Of a stretch of 64,000 bases of DNA, positions 27,103 to 36,140 are shown piece by piece. The stretch's first letter is position 1. Every line of letters starts with the position of its first letter. The notes below the pieces were generated by a model. The model made no database searches. It saw only the letters and a list, made by a program, of their open reading frames with translations, and was not told the DNA's origin. Position numbers and translations under genes: made by a program. Origin of the DNA: a virus; IMG/VR virus record IMGVR_UViG_3300037583_000003, positions 1-64,000 of that record, one strand, 5' to 3'.

Positions 27103-28216
27103 ACTAACCAAGGAGACCGTAATGGCACAACTATTTTGGAACAAAGAAAACCGTACGCTAGTAGACTGCCCTCTAACAACAGCTTACACCTACGCTAACA
27201 TAGCTCACCTGCACCAAGTAAGAAAGTACACAGGTGAGCCGTACATTACTCATCCAGTAGCAGTAGCAACTATCCTTGAAGACTACAAGAAGACCTGTAA
27301 GGTAGACATTAACATGCAGGTAGCTGCACTACTACACGACACTATAGAAGACACTTGTGTCACACTTGACGATATAGTAGAGCTATTTGGTATTGACGTA
27401 GCTTACCTAGTAGATGGGCTAACAGACCCATCATCACAAATCCCTGAACTTGAGCAAAAGAACAGAGTCACTAGGAAATTAGCTGATGGAATCCATACTT
27501 CTAATGGTGATGACAGAATCAAACTAATCAAGTCAGCAGACAGACTACACAACCTAGGCTCTATCATACAACACGGTAAGCCTGACTATGTGCGTACATA
27601 CATAGAAGAAACAAGGAAGCTAGTAGCTTATATTGGGGATAATCCTATAACACGAGCTATTAAACTCAAGATAGATAGATACAATGGTAAAAGTAGATTC
27701 CACTACCATCTAACCCTACAAGATGTAACAGTAGAAGAATTACAAAAAGCAGCTAAGCTTATAGGTGGTAAGGCTACACCAATAGACCTTCAGAAGGGTA
27801 CTAAAACCCAATCCGATAAGATGATCACTAAATACCACAGGTGTTATAAAGAGTGCTACTGGGAACGTAAGGCAGTCACATTAGAACTGGAGGGTGCTGG
27901 TTACAAAGTAATTAGAGTAAAAATCGAGGAAGTAGTTGACCAACTAAACATACACAACCTAGAGGATAATCCTGGGGCATACCTAGAACTACACATAAAG
28001 GTAGACAGTAGCTACCGTAAAGAACACGAAGGGTTTAGGCATTCAACCAATAGACTAGACAGTAACACTAAGATGTTAAATGCAAGAATCCACAATGAAC
28101 AGGAGTTTACTGCTATCACATCAGAGTTGCAAAACATCAAAAGCCCATTAAGTACTCAGTACGAGGTTGTACACTTAGATACAAACTACAAACTAGACTA
28201 CTGGTGGGCTGAATAA
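27092..28216 (+). CDS. RelA/SpoT-type HD hydrolase (SAH/Mesh1-like) fused to an uncharacterised C-terminal domain
   Basis: AH..QVRKYTGEPYITHP, ALLHDTIEDT, IKSADRLHN; plus about 175 extra aa (HYHLT...RVKIE...YLELHIKV...DTN..LD.W). Confidence 0.85.
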   Translation: MASKLTKETVMAQLFWNKENRTLVDCPLTTAYTYANIAHLHQVRKYTGEPYITHPVAVATILEDYKKTCKVDINMQVAALLHDTIEDTCVTLDDIVELFGIDVAYLVDGLTDPSSQIPELEQKNRVTRKLADGIHTSNGDDRIKLIKSADRLHNLGSIIQHGKPDYVRTYIEETRKLVAYIGDNPITRAIKLKIDRYNGKSRFHYHLTLQDVTVEELQKAAKLIGGKATPIDLQKGTKTQSDKMITKYHRCYKECYWERKAVTLELEGAGYKVIRVKIEEVVDQLNIHNLEDNPGAYLELHIKVDSSYRKEHEGFRHSTNRLDSNTKMLNARIHNEQEFTAITSELQNIKSPLSTQYEVVHLDTNYKLDYWWAE

Positions 28217-28228
28217 CACAACAAATTA

Positions 28229-28303
28229 GTGCCTTTAATGTAACGGATAACATACTAGCCTCCTAAGCTTGTTATAGAGGTTCGAGTCCTCTAAGGCACA
28301 CCA
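28229..28303 (+). tRNA. tRNA-Arg(CCU)
   Basis: Acceptor GTGCCTT/AAGGCAC, anticodon loop CTCCTAA, T-arm AGAGG-TTCGAGT-CCTCT, encoded CCA. Confidence 0.9.
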
Positions 28304-28308
28304 CACAC

Positions 28309-28385
28309 GCGCCAGTAACTCAACTGGTCAGAGTATCCGTCTCATAAACGGGAAGTTACTGGTTCAAGTCCAGTCTGGCGCACCA
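28309..28385 (+). tRNA. tRNA with CAU anticodon (Ile2-like or elongator Met)
   Basis: Acceptor GCGCCAG/CTGGCGC, loop CTCATAA, T-arm ACTGG-TTCAAGT-CCAGT, CCA. C4/C5 and the T-arm resemble tRNA-Ile2. Confidence 0.9.
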
Positions 28386-28418
28386 TACAATAAGATTTAC
28401 CTAACAAGGAGACTTAAC

Positions 28419-28595
28419 ATGACAGTGTTTAATACACTACTACTCATGCTTATCTCTCTTGGAAGACTAGAAGACTTAGTAACGGCTTTATCAGGCTTAG
28501 TGGTAGTTCAACCACTGACTAAGAAATTTAGTCTCATACGAAAAGGTCTAATAGTTTCGTACAGGAGAGACAGGCGAATAACGAGGTTCAGTTAG
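28419..28595 (+). CDS. Small ORF (58 aa) with an Arg-rich end
   Basis: AAGGAG SD; MTVFNTLLLMLISLG...SYRRDRRITRFS. Confidence 0.5.
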   Translation: MTVFNTLLLMLISLGRLEDLVTALSGLVVVQPLTKKFSLIRKGLIVSYRRDRRITRFS

Positions 28596-28701
28596 GATGT
28601 CACCTAGCTAACCTCGCCCAAAAACCCATGAACACAGGGTGACTAACTGCGCTTAGTCATCCCCATTCGCAAGTACATTCCACAATAGTGTATTTACGAA
28701 T
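28574..28701 (+). other. Multi-hairpin structured segment
   Basis: CGAGGTT/AACCTCG, GGGTGACTAA/TTAGTCATCC; ATTCG can pair with upstream GCGAAT or downstream CGAAT. Confidence 0.55.
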
Positions 28702-28714
28702 TAAGAGGTATACC

Positions 28715-29455
28715 ATGTTTTTTACAAACAAGAATATAAGCAACTCTATAGCTTTACAAAAGAACTACTTCACGCTAGTAGACAAAGTACTATACATAAT
28801 AGATAAGAGATACAAAAGTGCAGCATCTAGAGCACTAGTAATGCAGATAAACCAAGAGCTAATCCTACTATCTGACCTATTCTACCACTCAACAGAAGAG
28901 CTATCAGACAGTGAGCTAGACTCCCTACTAAAGAAGCTATGGCGCAGAGGCAAGGTAGGTATAGCAGAAAAGTACAAGAATATCACAACTATACCTCAAC
29001 CTATAGACCAAAGAAGATTAGTTCTCCCAGCTACTGTCAGAACTAACCCAAGTATAGCTAGGGTATCTGAAGCAGTATTTAACTTAAAAAGTGGTATTAA
29101 TGAACACCAACCTACGTCTATGAACATAGAACGTAATACGCTAACCAACAACTACAACCGATTTGAGTTATCCTGTTTAAGACTAATGGCAGAAGTATCC
29201 AAAAGTAAAGACCGCATAATTACTGAGGATATGGTAGAAGCTTTAGCTTACTCAGAGCACACAAAGTACATGCACCTATACGTACCATTTTGGAATCCAA
29301 TCGAGGATACGTTAGGTGTACTAAGTGCAGTAGCGAGTACTGACCACGTTTGTTTTATAGAAGCGTACTATGTGCAAACAACACTACCTTATAGGTCTTA
29401 TATGCATACTTTCATACCAGACGTAACCAATAGAAATAACAGATCTATGTCTTAA
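28715..29455 (+). CDS. Hypothetical protein
   Basis: ORF track 28688..29455; the ATG at 28715 follows AAGAGG. Confidence 0.65.
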   Translation: MFFTNKNISNSIALQKNYFTLVDKVLYIIDKRYKSAASRALVMQINQELILLSDLFYHSTEELSDSELDSLLKKLWRRGKVGIAEKYKNITTIPQPIDQRRLVLPATVRTNPSIARVSEAVFNLKSGINEHQPTSMNIERNTLTNNYNRFELSCLRLMAEVSKSKDRIITEDMVEALAYSEHTKYMHLYVPFWNPIEDTLGVLSAVASTDHVCFIEAYYVQTTLPYRSYMHTFIPDVTNRNNRSMS

Positions 29456-29474
29456 CTCCATACAAGGAATCAAC

Positions 29475-30485
29475 ATGACACTACCTACTGCTAGTCAAAC
29501 AGAGTCACCTACCACAGACAGCAAACTAATATCCCTAACCACAGCACAAGAAAACTACAGTAACATCATCTCAGAACTAAACGAAGTATCATCAGGTATC
29601 TCAGAATCAGTACTATTCTCCGAGACAGAATTTAGCCAAGCTAAGGCTGATCTACAAGACTTCGTAATCAAGTCACAACAGCTAGCTAACCGTAGCACTA
29701 TAAAAGAAAGAGCTATGAGAGGACTAGCTAAAGTACCTCTAATCGGCCAACATGCAGAAGAATCTCTTAGAAGTATCCAAAGAGACAAGATGAACGATAC
29801 CTCTATCTCAGAGATTGTAGATCAGTTATACAGTGGCATCGAAGCTAGAGGTGTATCTCTAACAAACACTATTAACCAATGGTACAACCTAGTAGACAAG
29901 TCTACCTCATTAGTAGCCAACCTAAGTACACTAGACGCTCAACTAGACACAGTACTAGCTACTGAGCTAACTGGCAAGGAACGATTCAACCTAACTAGTG
30001 TGTCTTCCGAAACTAAGATGACCCTAGCAAGTAACCTAGGAACTATCCAGGAACTGCAAGTACTTACAACTGTAGGTGAAGGTATTCTGAAACGTATCAA
30101 ACAAACAATGCCAGCTAGCAGAGCAGTACTCCTCAACAGACTAGTTATGGACGCTGGTGTGTCTCAGATTAACAACATCCATGATGAGATCCAAGACATC
30201 GTAGCAATTTCAGATGACATCAACAAAGTAATGCAACAAAACAGTCATACTGCTGTAATGAAAATGATCTCATCCCAAGTAACTTCAGAAAAGGAAATCA
30301 AGAGTCTAACTCAAGGTTACGACAACAGAGTAAAACTGCATGAGGACGTTAACAGAGAAGTAGTGAAAATGATTGATAACATGCAAACTACACACACAGC
30401 TATATCTGAATCTATGGCTAAAACCTCCAAGGCTCTAGCGGCTAATGCCTTAATAGACCTATCATCAAGAGAGACAGTACAATGA
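29475..30485 (+). CDS. TelA/KlaA-like coiled-coil (toxic anion resistance) protein
   Basis: All-helical, LAKVPLIG motif, size and pattern of TelA-like proteins. Confidence 0.5.
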   Translation: MTLPTASQTESPTTDSKLISLTTAQENYSNIISELNEVSSGISESVLFSETEFSQAKADLQDFVIKSQQLANRSTIKERAMRGLAKVPLIGQHAEESLRSIQRDKMNDTSISEIVDQLYSGIEARGVSLTNTINQWYNLVDKSTSLVANLSTLDAQLDTVLATELTGKERFNLTSVSSETKMTLASNLGTIQELQVLTTVGEGILKRIKQTMPASRAVLLNRLVMDAGVSQINNIHDEIQDIVAISDDINKVMQQNSHTAVMKMISSQVTSEKEIKSLTQGYDNRVKLHEDVNREVVKMIDNMQTTHTAISESMAKTSKALAANALIDLSSRETVQ

Positions 30486-30949
30486 TCCAATCCACATTCA
30501 CCGTAGAGACCACCAGTAATGTAGTCACCTTCGCGTTAGGAAACGTAGCTTTTATCTCTTTATCCGAAAGCCTAGGTAACATTCGAGTTACCCTAAACAA
30601 GGAAGGTAACGACTCCGTAGTATTAATAAGTCTAATCCGAGATACAAAAAAGGTATTCAACGAATTCCAGACTGCACTATCCAAGTACAAATCTAAGTCA
30701 CTAGAATCTGTACCTTCTAGGTTAGCAAAATCAGCTACTGAAATAGTAGAAACTCTTTCTTATATGAAAGAGAGTATGGCAGAAAACGCACGTATGGTAG
30801 ATTCTATGGAGTGGAAAATACCTATGTTAGTAGAGAAAGGTATTGAAGAAAAACTAGCTCTAGTAGATCCACACCTCGATAAAATCCTACGAAAGCTAGA
30901 TAACATTAACAAAGGCTTTACTGCACCTATTGTCATCAAAGGTTTATAA
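30482..30949 (+). CDS. Hypothetical protein
   Basis: ATGA overlap. Confidence 0.65.
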   Translation: MIQSTFTVETTSNVVTFALGNVAFISLSESLGNIRVTLNKEGNDSVVLISLIRDTKKVFNEFQTALSKYKSKSLESVPSRLAKSATEIVETLSYMKESMAENARMVDSMEWKIPMLVEKGIEEKLALVDPHLDKILRKLDNINKGFTAPIVIKGL

Positions 30950-30975
30950 CCCTAACCTAAACAAGGAACTAACTA

Positions 30976-31377
30976 ATGGGCTTTAAAATAACAGAAGAAC
31001 ACTACACAACAAAGCTACTGCAAGCAAACCCAAACAACATCTACGTCTTTGGTGACAACCTATGTGGCTATGGTTTAGGGGGTCAAGCTTGTATCAGACT
31101 TGAACCTAACGCTTTCGGTTTACCAACTAAGGTGTACCCAAGCACTACAGTAACCTCATACTTCAATGAGGAGGACAAACACCAGATTAAGCCACATCTA
31201 GCTGCCAAATTTAAGTACCTAGAGGAGCTAGCTACTACACACACAGTAGTATTCCCTTCTGCTGGCTTGGGTACTGGGCTATCACAACTAGACGTCAGAG
31301 CACCTAGCATCCTCGAATTCATTGACGACTGGGTATTCTCAGTTACAGGAGAACACTATGAACAATACAGAAATTAA
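30976..31377 (+). CDS. Conserved phage protein, possibly macrodomain-like (YVFGDN...GGQA.IR...NAFG.PTK...FP..GLGTG)
   Basis: Recognisable motif family; the macro-like assignment rests on GG and GLGTG and is inference. Confidence 0.55.
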   Translation: MGFKITEEHYTTKLLQANPNNIYVFGDNLCGYGLGGQACIRLEPNAFGLPTKVYPSTTVTSYFNEEDKHQIKPHLAAKFKYLEELATTHTVVFPSAGLGTGLSQLDVRAPSILEFIDDWVFSVTGEHYEQYRN

Positions 31378-31813
31378 ACCACTACCAACTACCAAAAGGG
31401 AACTACTCACTGCTCTCCTTGAAGATAGGAAATTCCTAACACTTGGTGGACACACTCTCTACTACGATGACTCAGCTCCTTGTTACCCTTTCAAGCAATC
31501 ACTAAACCCTACTAAAAATCCCTCATCCTATGCCTCACTAGGTAGCTGGACTCCAAAAGACCTACTAGACTTAAAGGAAGTACTGCCCCCCAAGTGGTAT
31601 GAAAATATCCCATCAGATGGAGTACTCTGTGAGGTTTGGGATGAGGATACGGACACTAAAGTAACCACACTAATACATAAGTACTCATCAAAACAGACCT
31701 ACCCGTTCCAGACTAGCAATTACTCCTACTACCTTAATGCAACACCTCTGTCAAAAGAACGTATGGACGTACTAACAAACAACACACTAGAGGCACTACT
31801 ATGCGACAGTTAG
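31358..31813 (+). CDS. Hypothetical protein
   Basis: ORF track 31322..31813; the ATG at 31358 follows AGGAG. Confidence 0.6.
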   Translation: MNNTEIKPLPTTKRELLTALLEDRKFLTLGGHTLYYDDSAPCYPFKQSLNPTKNPSSYASLGSWTPKDLLDLKEVLPPKWYENIPSDGVLCEVWDEDTDTKVTTLIHKYSSKQTYPFQTSNYSYYLNATPLSKERMDVLTNNTLEALLCDS

Positions 31814-32772
31814 CAACTACACAACAAATCGAAGAAGTAAGACCTATTGAGGGAGCAGACTTAATTGCTGCTTACAAGATAAAAGGTTGGTGGGTTGTAG
31901 CACGTTTAGGTGAATTCGAGGTAGGTGACTACTGTACTTACATCGAGATTGACTCATGGATTCCAACAGAAGTAGCACCATTCCTATCCAAAGGTAACGA
32001 ACCTAGAGAGTACAACAAGATTAGAGGTGAGAGACTTAAAACTATCAAGTTAAAAGGTCAAATCTCACAAGGTCTAACCTTACCTACAACCTTAAGAGTT
32101 GTTGGAGAAGACGTCACAGACTCTCTAGGTATTACCTTATGGGAAGCAACTATCCCTGCTCAACTAGCTGGTTTACAGAAAGGTAACTTCCCTTCATTCA
32201 TCCCAAAAACTACACAAAGTAGAATCCAAAACCTACATAGACTACCAGAGGGTAAACTATTCGAAGTTACAGAAAAACTACATGGGACTTCTTGCACTAT
32301 ATACAGTACAGACGGTGAGTGGGGAATATGTTCCAAAGACACGGAATTCAAACTCGACGGTAATGATAAAAACACCTTCGTTAACACATTACAGAAGCTA
32401 CTACATAAGTTACCTCTAGATGGTCCAGATTTAGCTATACAAGGAGAGATCATAGGTTACGGTATCAATGGTAACCAGTACAAGATTGATGGCTCTAGGT
32501 TCCTAGTATTTGACATCTACAACATCACAACAGCTACCTACATGTTACCAGAAGAGAGACTACGTTATTGTCACAAGAACCAACTTACACATGTACCTAT
32601 AATTCACAAGGAACTATCCTTAGAGGGTGAAACAGTAGAATCACTACTCTTAACTGCTGACACGACTAGTACGCTACATACATGCAAGGCTGAAGGACTA
32701 GTCTTCAAGTCTACAACAGACGACACCTCGTTTAAGGTGATTTCCAATAAATGGCTACTAAAGGAGAAATAA
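31801..32772 (+). CDS. RNA ligase, Rnl2/DRB0094 family
   Basis: N-terminal PIEGAD...EIDS...LKGQISQGL domain; motif I TEKLHGTS, IQGE, FLVFDI, EGLVFK, FKVIS. Confidence 0.9.
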   Translation: MRQLATTQQIEEVRPIEGADLIAAYKIKGWWVVARLGEFEVGDYCTYIEIDSWIPTEVAPFLSKGNEPREYNKIRGERLKTIKLKGQISQGLTLPTTLRVVGEDVTDSLGITLWEATIPAQLAGLQKGNFPSFIPKTTQSRIQNLHRLPEGKLFEVTEKLHGTSCTIYSTDGEWGICSKDTEFKLDGNDKNTFVNTLQKLLHKLPLDGPDLAIQGEIIGYGINGNQYKIDGSRFLVFDIYNITTATYMLPEERLRYCHKNQLTHVPIIHKELSLEGETVESLLLTADTTSTLHTCKAEGLVFKSTTDDTSFKVISNKWLLKEK

Positions 32773-32850
32773 CTAACATCTAGTATTTACAAATACAAAT
32801 TAATACAATCAACAAGTAGGGGTACGCTACTATAAAACGTACCAACTTAT

Positions 32851-33040
32851 GGAAGTACTGGTGTTTGTGAATGTGGGTTCGATTCCTACGCTGTAGCGTG
32901 TAGTACCTTAACTGGTATTGGGCGGTGCAGTCTTGTAGGCAAGTTAGAGACTCAATACTGAAGGTTCGATTCCTTCCACTTCCTAGAGTAATCTACCATT
33001 AACTAGCTATAACTAGTTAATGGATTATACCAGTACTTCC
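32851..33040 (+). ncRNA. Putative tRNA-like (Y-RNA/YrlA-like) structured RNA with two T-arms
   Basis: Closing stem GGAAGTACTGGT/ACCAGTACTTCC; T-arms GTGGG-TTCGATT-CCTAC and GAAGG-TTCGATT-CCTTC; D-loop-like AACTGGTA. Confidence 0.55.
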
Positions 33041-33199
33041 AGGTTTATAGGCCTGTAAACTACGTCTCAGCATGAGTTGAGAGAATCCAGCCTAGCATGA
33101 CTGGTACGACTTAACAGTTGTATAGTATAAAGGTTTTGGATTACTCTACCTAGAGAGCTTATCACCTGAGTACTCCAGATAGAGTAATTAACTAATCAC

Positions 33200-33275
33200 G
33201 GCTTCGTAGTTTAAAGGGTAAAACATTCCTCCCCTAAAGGAAAGCTTTCGGTTCGATACCAGAATGAGGCCACCA
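33200..33275 (+). tRNA. Atypical second tRNA-Arg(CCU) (C33, bulged T-stem), possibly a pseudo-tRNA
   Basis: Acceptor GGCTTCG/TGAGGCC, D-arm GTTT/AAAC, anticodon arm TTCCT-CCCCTAA-AGGAA, GGTTCGATACC, encoded CCA. Confidence 0.7.
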
Positions 33276-33294
33276 AACAACTAAAGGTAACACA

Positions 33295-33777
33295 ATGAAA
33301 ATCCTAACTAGTCCATTACAAATGTTTCTAGCTACACTAAACCCATTCGTAACTACTTGTGAAACTACAGAGTTCCAGTTCGTAACCCACCCAGACTTCT
33401 ACCTAGATGGCGTTAACAAGTTCTCTGTAGATCGTACAGAGTTTGAAAACATGAGATTGTTCTCTAGTACGCCTAGTACTGTAGCACTACCTATTACGGT
33501 GGAATACCCGAACACTAGAGTGGTCTTAACTCTAGAGTACGACCAAACAGACTTACTCGGTTTACGTAAAATCTCAGCAGGGAGAGCTAGTCCCAACAAT
33601 CTAAGCTCCAGATTTCGCTACTTAAACGTACTAAGCCTAGTCATAGCCAAAGTAAACTCTCAAACAGAAGATGCAGTAGGTCTACATAGATTTGTAGATG
33701 AACTGCTTAAACCCTACCCTATTAACTGTACAAACCTAGTTATGGTATCAGTTAGTAGCCAAGAGACACAACCATAG
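33295..33777 (+). CDS. Hypothetical protein
   Basis: ORF track, AAGGT SD. Confidence 0.65.
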   Translation: MKILTSPLQMFLATLNPFVTTCETTEFQFVTHPDFYLDGVNKFSVDRTEFENMRLFSSTPSTVALPITVEYPNTRVVLTLEYDQTDLLGLRKISAGRASPNNLSSRFRYLNVLSLVIAKVNSQTEDAVGLHRFVDELLKPYPINCTNLVMVSVSSQETQP

Positions 33778-33909
33778 TGATAGGATTAACAAAAAACGCC
33801 AGTATCGCTATAACCACTTGGGCAGGACACGACCCAGCAGTTACTGTACTACTACTAGTTTACCTAATACACAAAGCACTATTCTAACCAAACAATTAAA
33901 GGACTACCA

Positions 33910-36138
33910 ATGCAACTTTCCACTGGACAAGAAGCAGTAAACAACACTGGACTAGCTTCTAACGAACTAACCATGCAACATTCAGCTAGTGCATTTGAGA
34001 TTGTATTCAGTTCTCTCTACGAACGTAAGGAAGAGGCTGTACTAAGAGAACTAGCTTGTAACGCACTTGATGCACATATCGTAGCTGGTATCCCTAATGT
34101 ACCTATCCACATCAAGTTACCTACAACACTAAACCCCAACTTAGTAGTTACAGACCAAGGTGATGGTATGTCTCTATCTACCGTAAACAAAGTGTACTTC
34201 GCTATGTTTGCATCAACTAAACGAGACAACAATAACGAGATTGGTGGTTACGGTATCGGATCTAAATCTCCATACGCTATCACCGAATCATTCACAGTAA
34301 AAACGATCCACAAGGGTCTACGAACAGACATCATCATGTCATTAGACAAAGGTATCCCTAAGTCTCTAATTGTAGCTTCTGAAGTACCTACAGACGAACC
34401 TAATGGGACTACAGTAACCGTCCCAGTATCTTGTAGCTATAAACAAAGTAAACTAACACTTGTAGCCGAGAAATTATTCACCTACTGGGATACACTACCT
34501 GAGTGCAGTGAAGTAACTTTAAATAGTAAAACAAAAACTAAGCTATTCTCAACAAACCACTTCACGTACACATCACTTGGGTTTAGAACAATAGGAAGTA
34601 TATTTGGGTACATACTAGTTGGTCCTGTAAAATACGCAGTACCTGACGAAATAATGAATTCACTAAAGTTTCCAAAGACAATGAACTCATCAAGGCTTAG
34701 AGACTTACTAGGTAACGCTGTAAGGGTACTACTAACATCCGAGATTGGTAAAGTAAAAATAGCTCCATCAAGAGAGAGGATTGACGTAACCACGGAAAAC
34801 AAAGACTACATTCAAAGTCTAGTGGACGAGGTTACAAGCTCTTTAGAGGAAGATTTCCGTGTCAGCTCGTTAGACGTTCACGAGATCATATACAAGCACG
34901 TTAAGGATGTACCACCGTCAGAAAACGGCTTAAGCTACAATCAGATAGCTGCCTTACAGACAGAATTACATAGTAAACACCTAGAAAGTACCTTACACCG
35001 CTTGTGTGTAGAAACACCTGAAGCCTTATCAAAAACAAAAAGAGATTACTTAATTGCTTTCTCTGATGCTACGTACTACGCTAGTTGTTATCAAAATAAC
35101 AAAATCCCAGAAGTATTCGTGCTTAGTTTAAATGCTGGTTACATGCACAGACTAAATAGCTTAGGAAGTCTTAAACGATTCACGAATGACCAAAGCAGCA
35201 TCATTAGGAGGTACACTAGATTAAAACTTAACGCAGAGGATAAAGTCACTATACTTGTTGAAGCAGAAAGCCTAACCAACCAGCAAAAAAGCTTAATAAC
35301 CTACAACAGGAGACTTGCTTACACAAGTGGTGATTCATCTACGTTCTTGGAACTGTACTCCTGCGAAGATATAGACCTATACAAACAATTAGCCAAGGAC
35401 TACTTGCCTTACGAGGTAGAGTTCTTAACCTTCAAGGAGCTGAGTAAAACATTAGTAGCTAAACCTAAAGTAAGCAGATCAACTAGTGGTACAAACAAAC
35501 CTAGAGGTACTCCCTCAATAGAGTCATGGAGTACTCACGAAGGTTGTGCAAATAAAAACCTAACACCAGAAGATGTATACTCTGATACTGAAGGTGTAAG
35601 GACTATCTTCATAGTGGAAGTTAAACCATCAGATGTGCACCACATTGTGAGAAATATATCAGACTTGGTAAGTAAGATACCTACTAGAATTGTCTATATA
35701 ACAGCAACAGAAAAACACACAGCTAGGTACAAAAACCACAACCTCAAGAACTTCACTACTTGTAGTAGTACATCATTGTCTACAAAGAAACTCCAATGGG
35801 TGATTGGAAAAAACTATAAGTTACTAAAAGCACTAGCTACAACTTGGAAGCAATCATGGGCTTTTGATAAAGCAAACCTAAGTACTAGCTACGCTAAGGT
35901 AGAAGAAGCTTACGGCTTAGGGGAGGTATCTTGGGAATTCCGCAGTACCTTTAACAGACGCCCAGACACCTACCTAATACATGAAATTTTTGGGGACGGT
36001 AACTACAAACAAATAGAAATAGCTCATGCTATAGTATCATCTAATAAACAAGCAGTAGCAATTGCTAACCTATACTCCAAAACTACAGTATCCAAGGTAT
36101 TAAATAAACTACTAAACCACGCAAAAGAAGAGGAATAA
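33910..36138 (+). CDS. rIIA: rIIA-like protein (GHKL ATPase N-terminus)
   Basis: LY..K..AVLREL.CNA.DAH, D.G.GMS, STK, IGGYGIGSKSP, NGTTV, PSRE. Confidence 0.92.
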   Translation: MQLSTGQEAVNNTGLASNELTMQHSASAFEIVFSSLYERKEEAVLRELACNALDAHIVAGIPNVPIHIKLPTTLNPNLVVTDQGDGMSLSTVNKVYFAMFASTKRDNNNEIGGYGIGSKSPYAITESFTVKTIHKGLRTDIIMSLDKGIPKSLIVASEVPTDEPNGTTVTVPVSCSYKQSKLTLVAEKLFTYWDTLPECSEVTLNSKTKTKLFSTNHFTYTSLGFRTIGSIFGYILVGPVKYAVPDEIMNSLKFPKTMNSSRLRDLLGNAVRVLLTSEIGKVKIAPSRERIDVTTENKDYIQSLVDEVTSSLEEDFRVSSLDVHEIIYKHVKDVPPSENGLSYNQIAALQTELHSKHLESTLHRLCVETPEALSKTKRDYLIAFSDATYYASCYQNNKIPEVFVLSLNAGYMHRLNSLGSLKRFTNDQSSIIRRYTRLKLNAEDKVTILVEAESLTNQQKSLITYNRRLAYTSGDSSTFLELYSCEDIDLYKQLAKDYLPYEVEFLTFKELSKTLVAKPKVSRSTSGTNKPRGTPSIESWSTHEGCANKNLTPEDVYSDTEGVRTIFIVEVKPSDVHHIVRNISDLVSKIPTRIVYITATEKHTARYKNHNLKNFTTCSSTSLSTKKLQWVIGKNYKLLKALATTWKQSWAFDKANLSTSYAKVEEAYGLGEVSWEFRSTFNRRPDTYLIHEIFGDGNYKQIEIAHAIVSSNKQAVAIANLYSKTTVSKVLNKLLNHAKEEE

Positions 36139-36140
36139 CC

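Noticed and set aside
28574-28701. Hammerhead or other known ribozyme
   Set aside because: No CUGAnGA/GAAA core or other recognisable catalytic consensus was found by eye.
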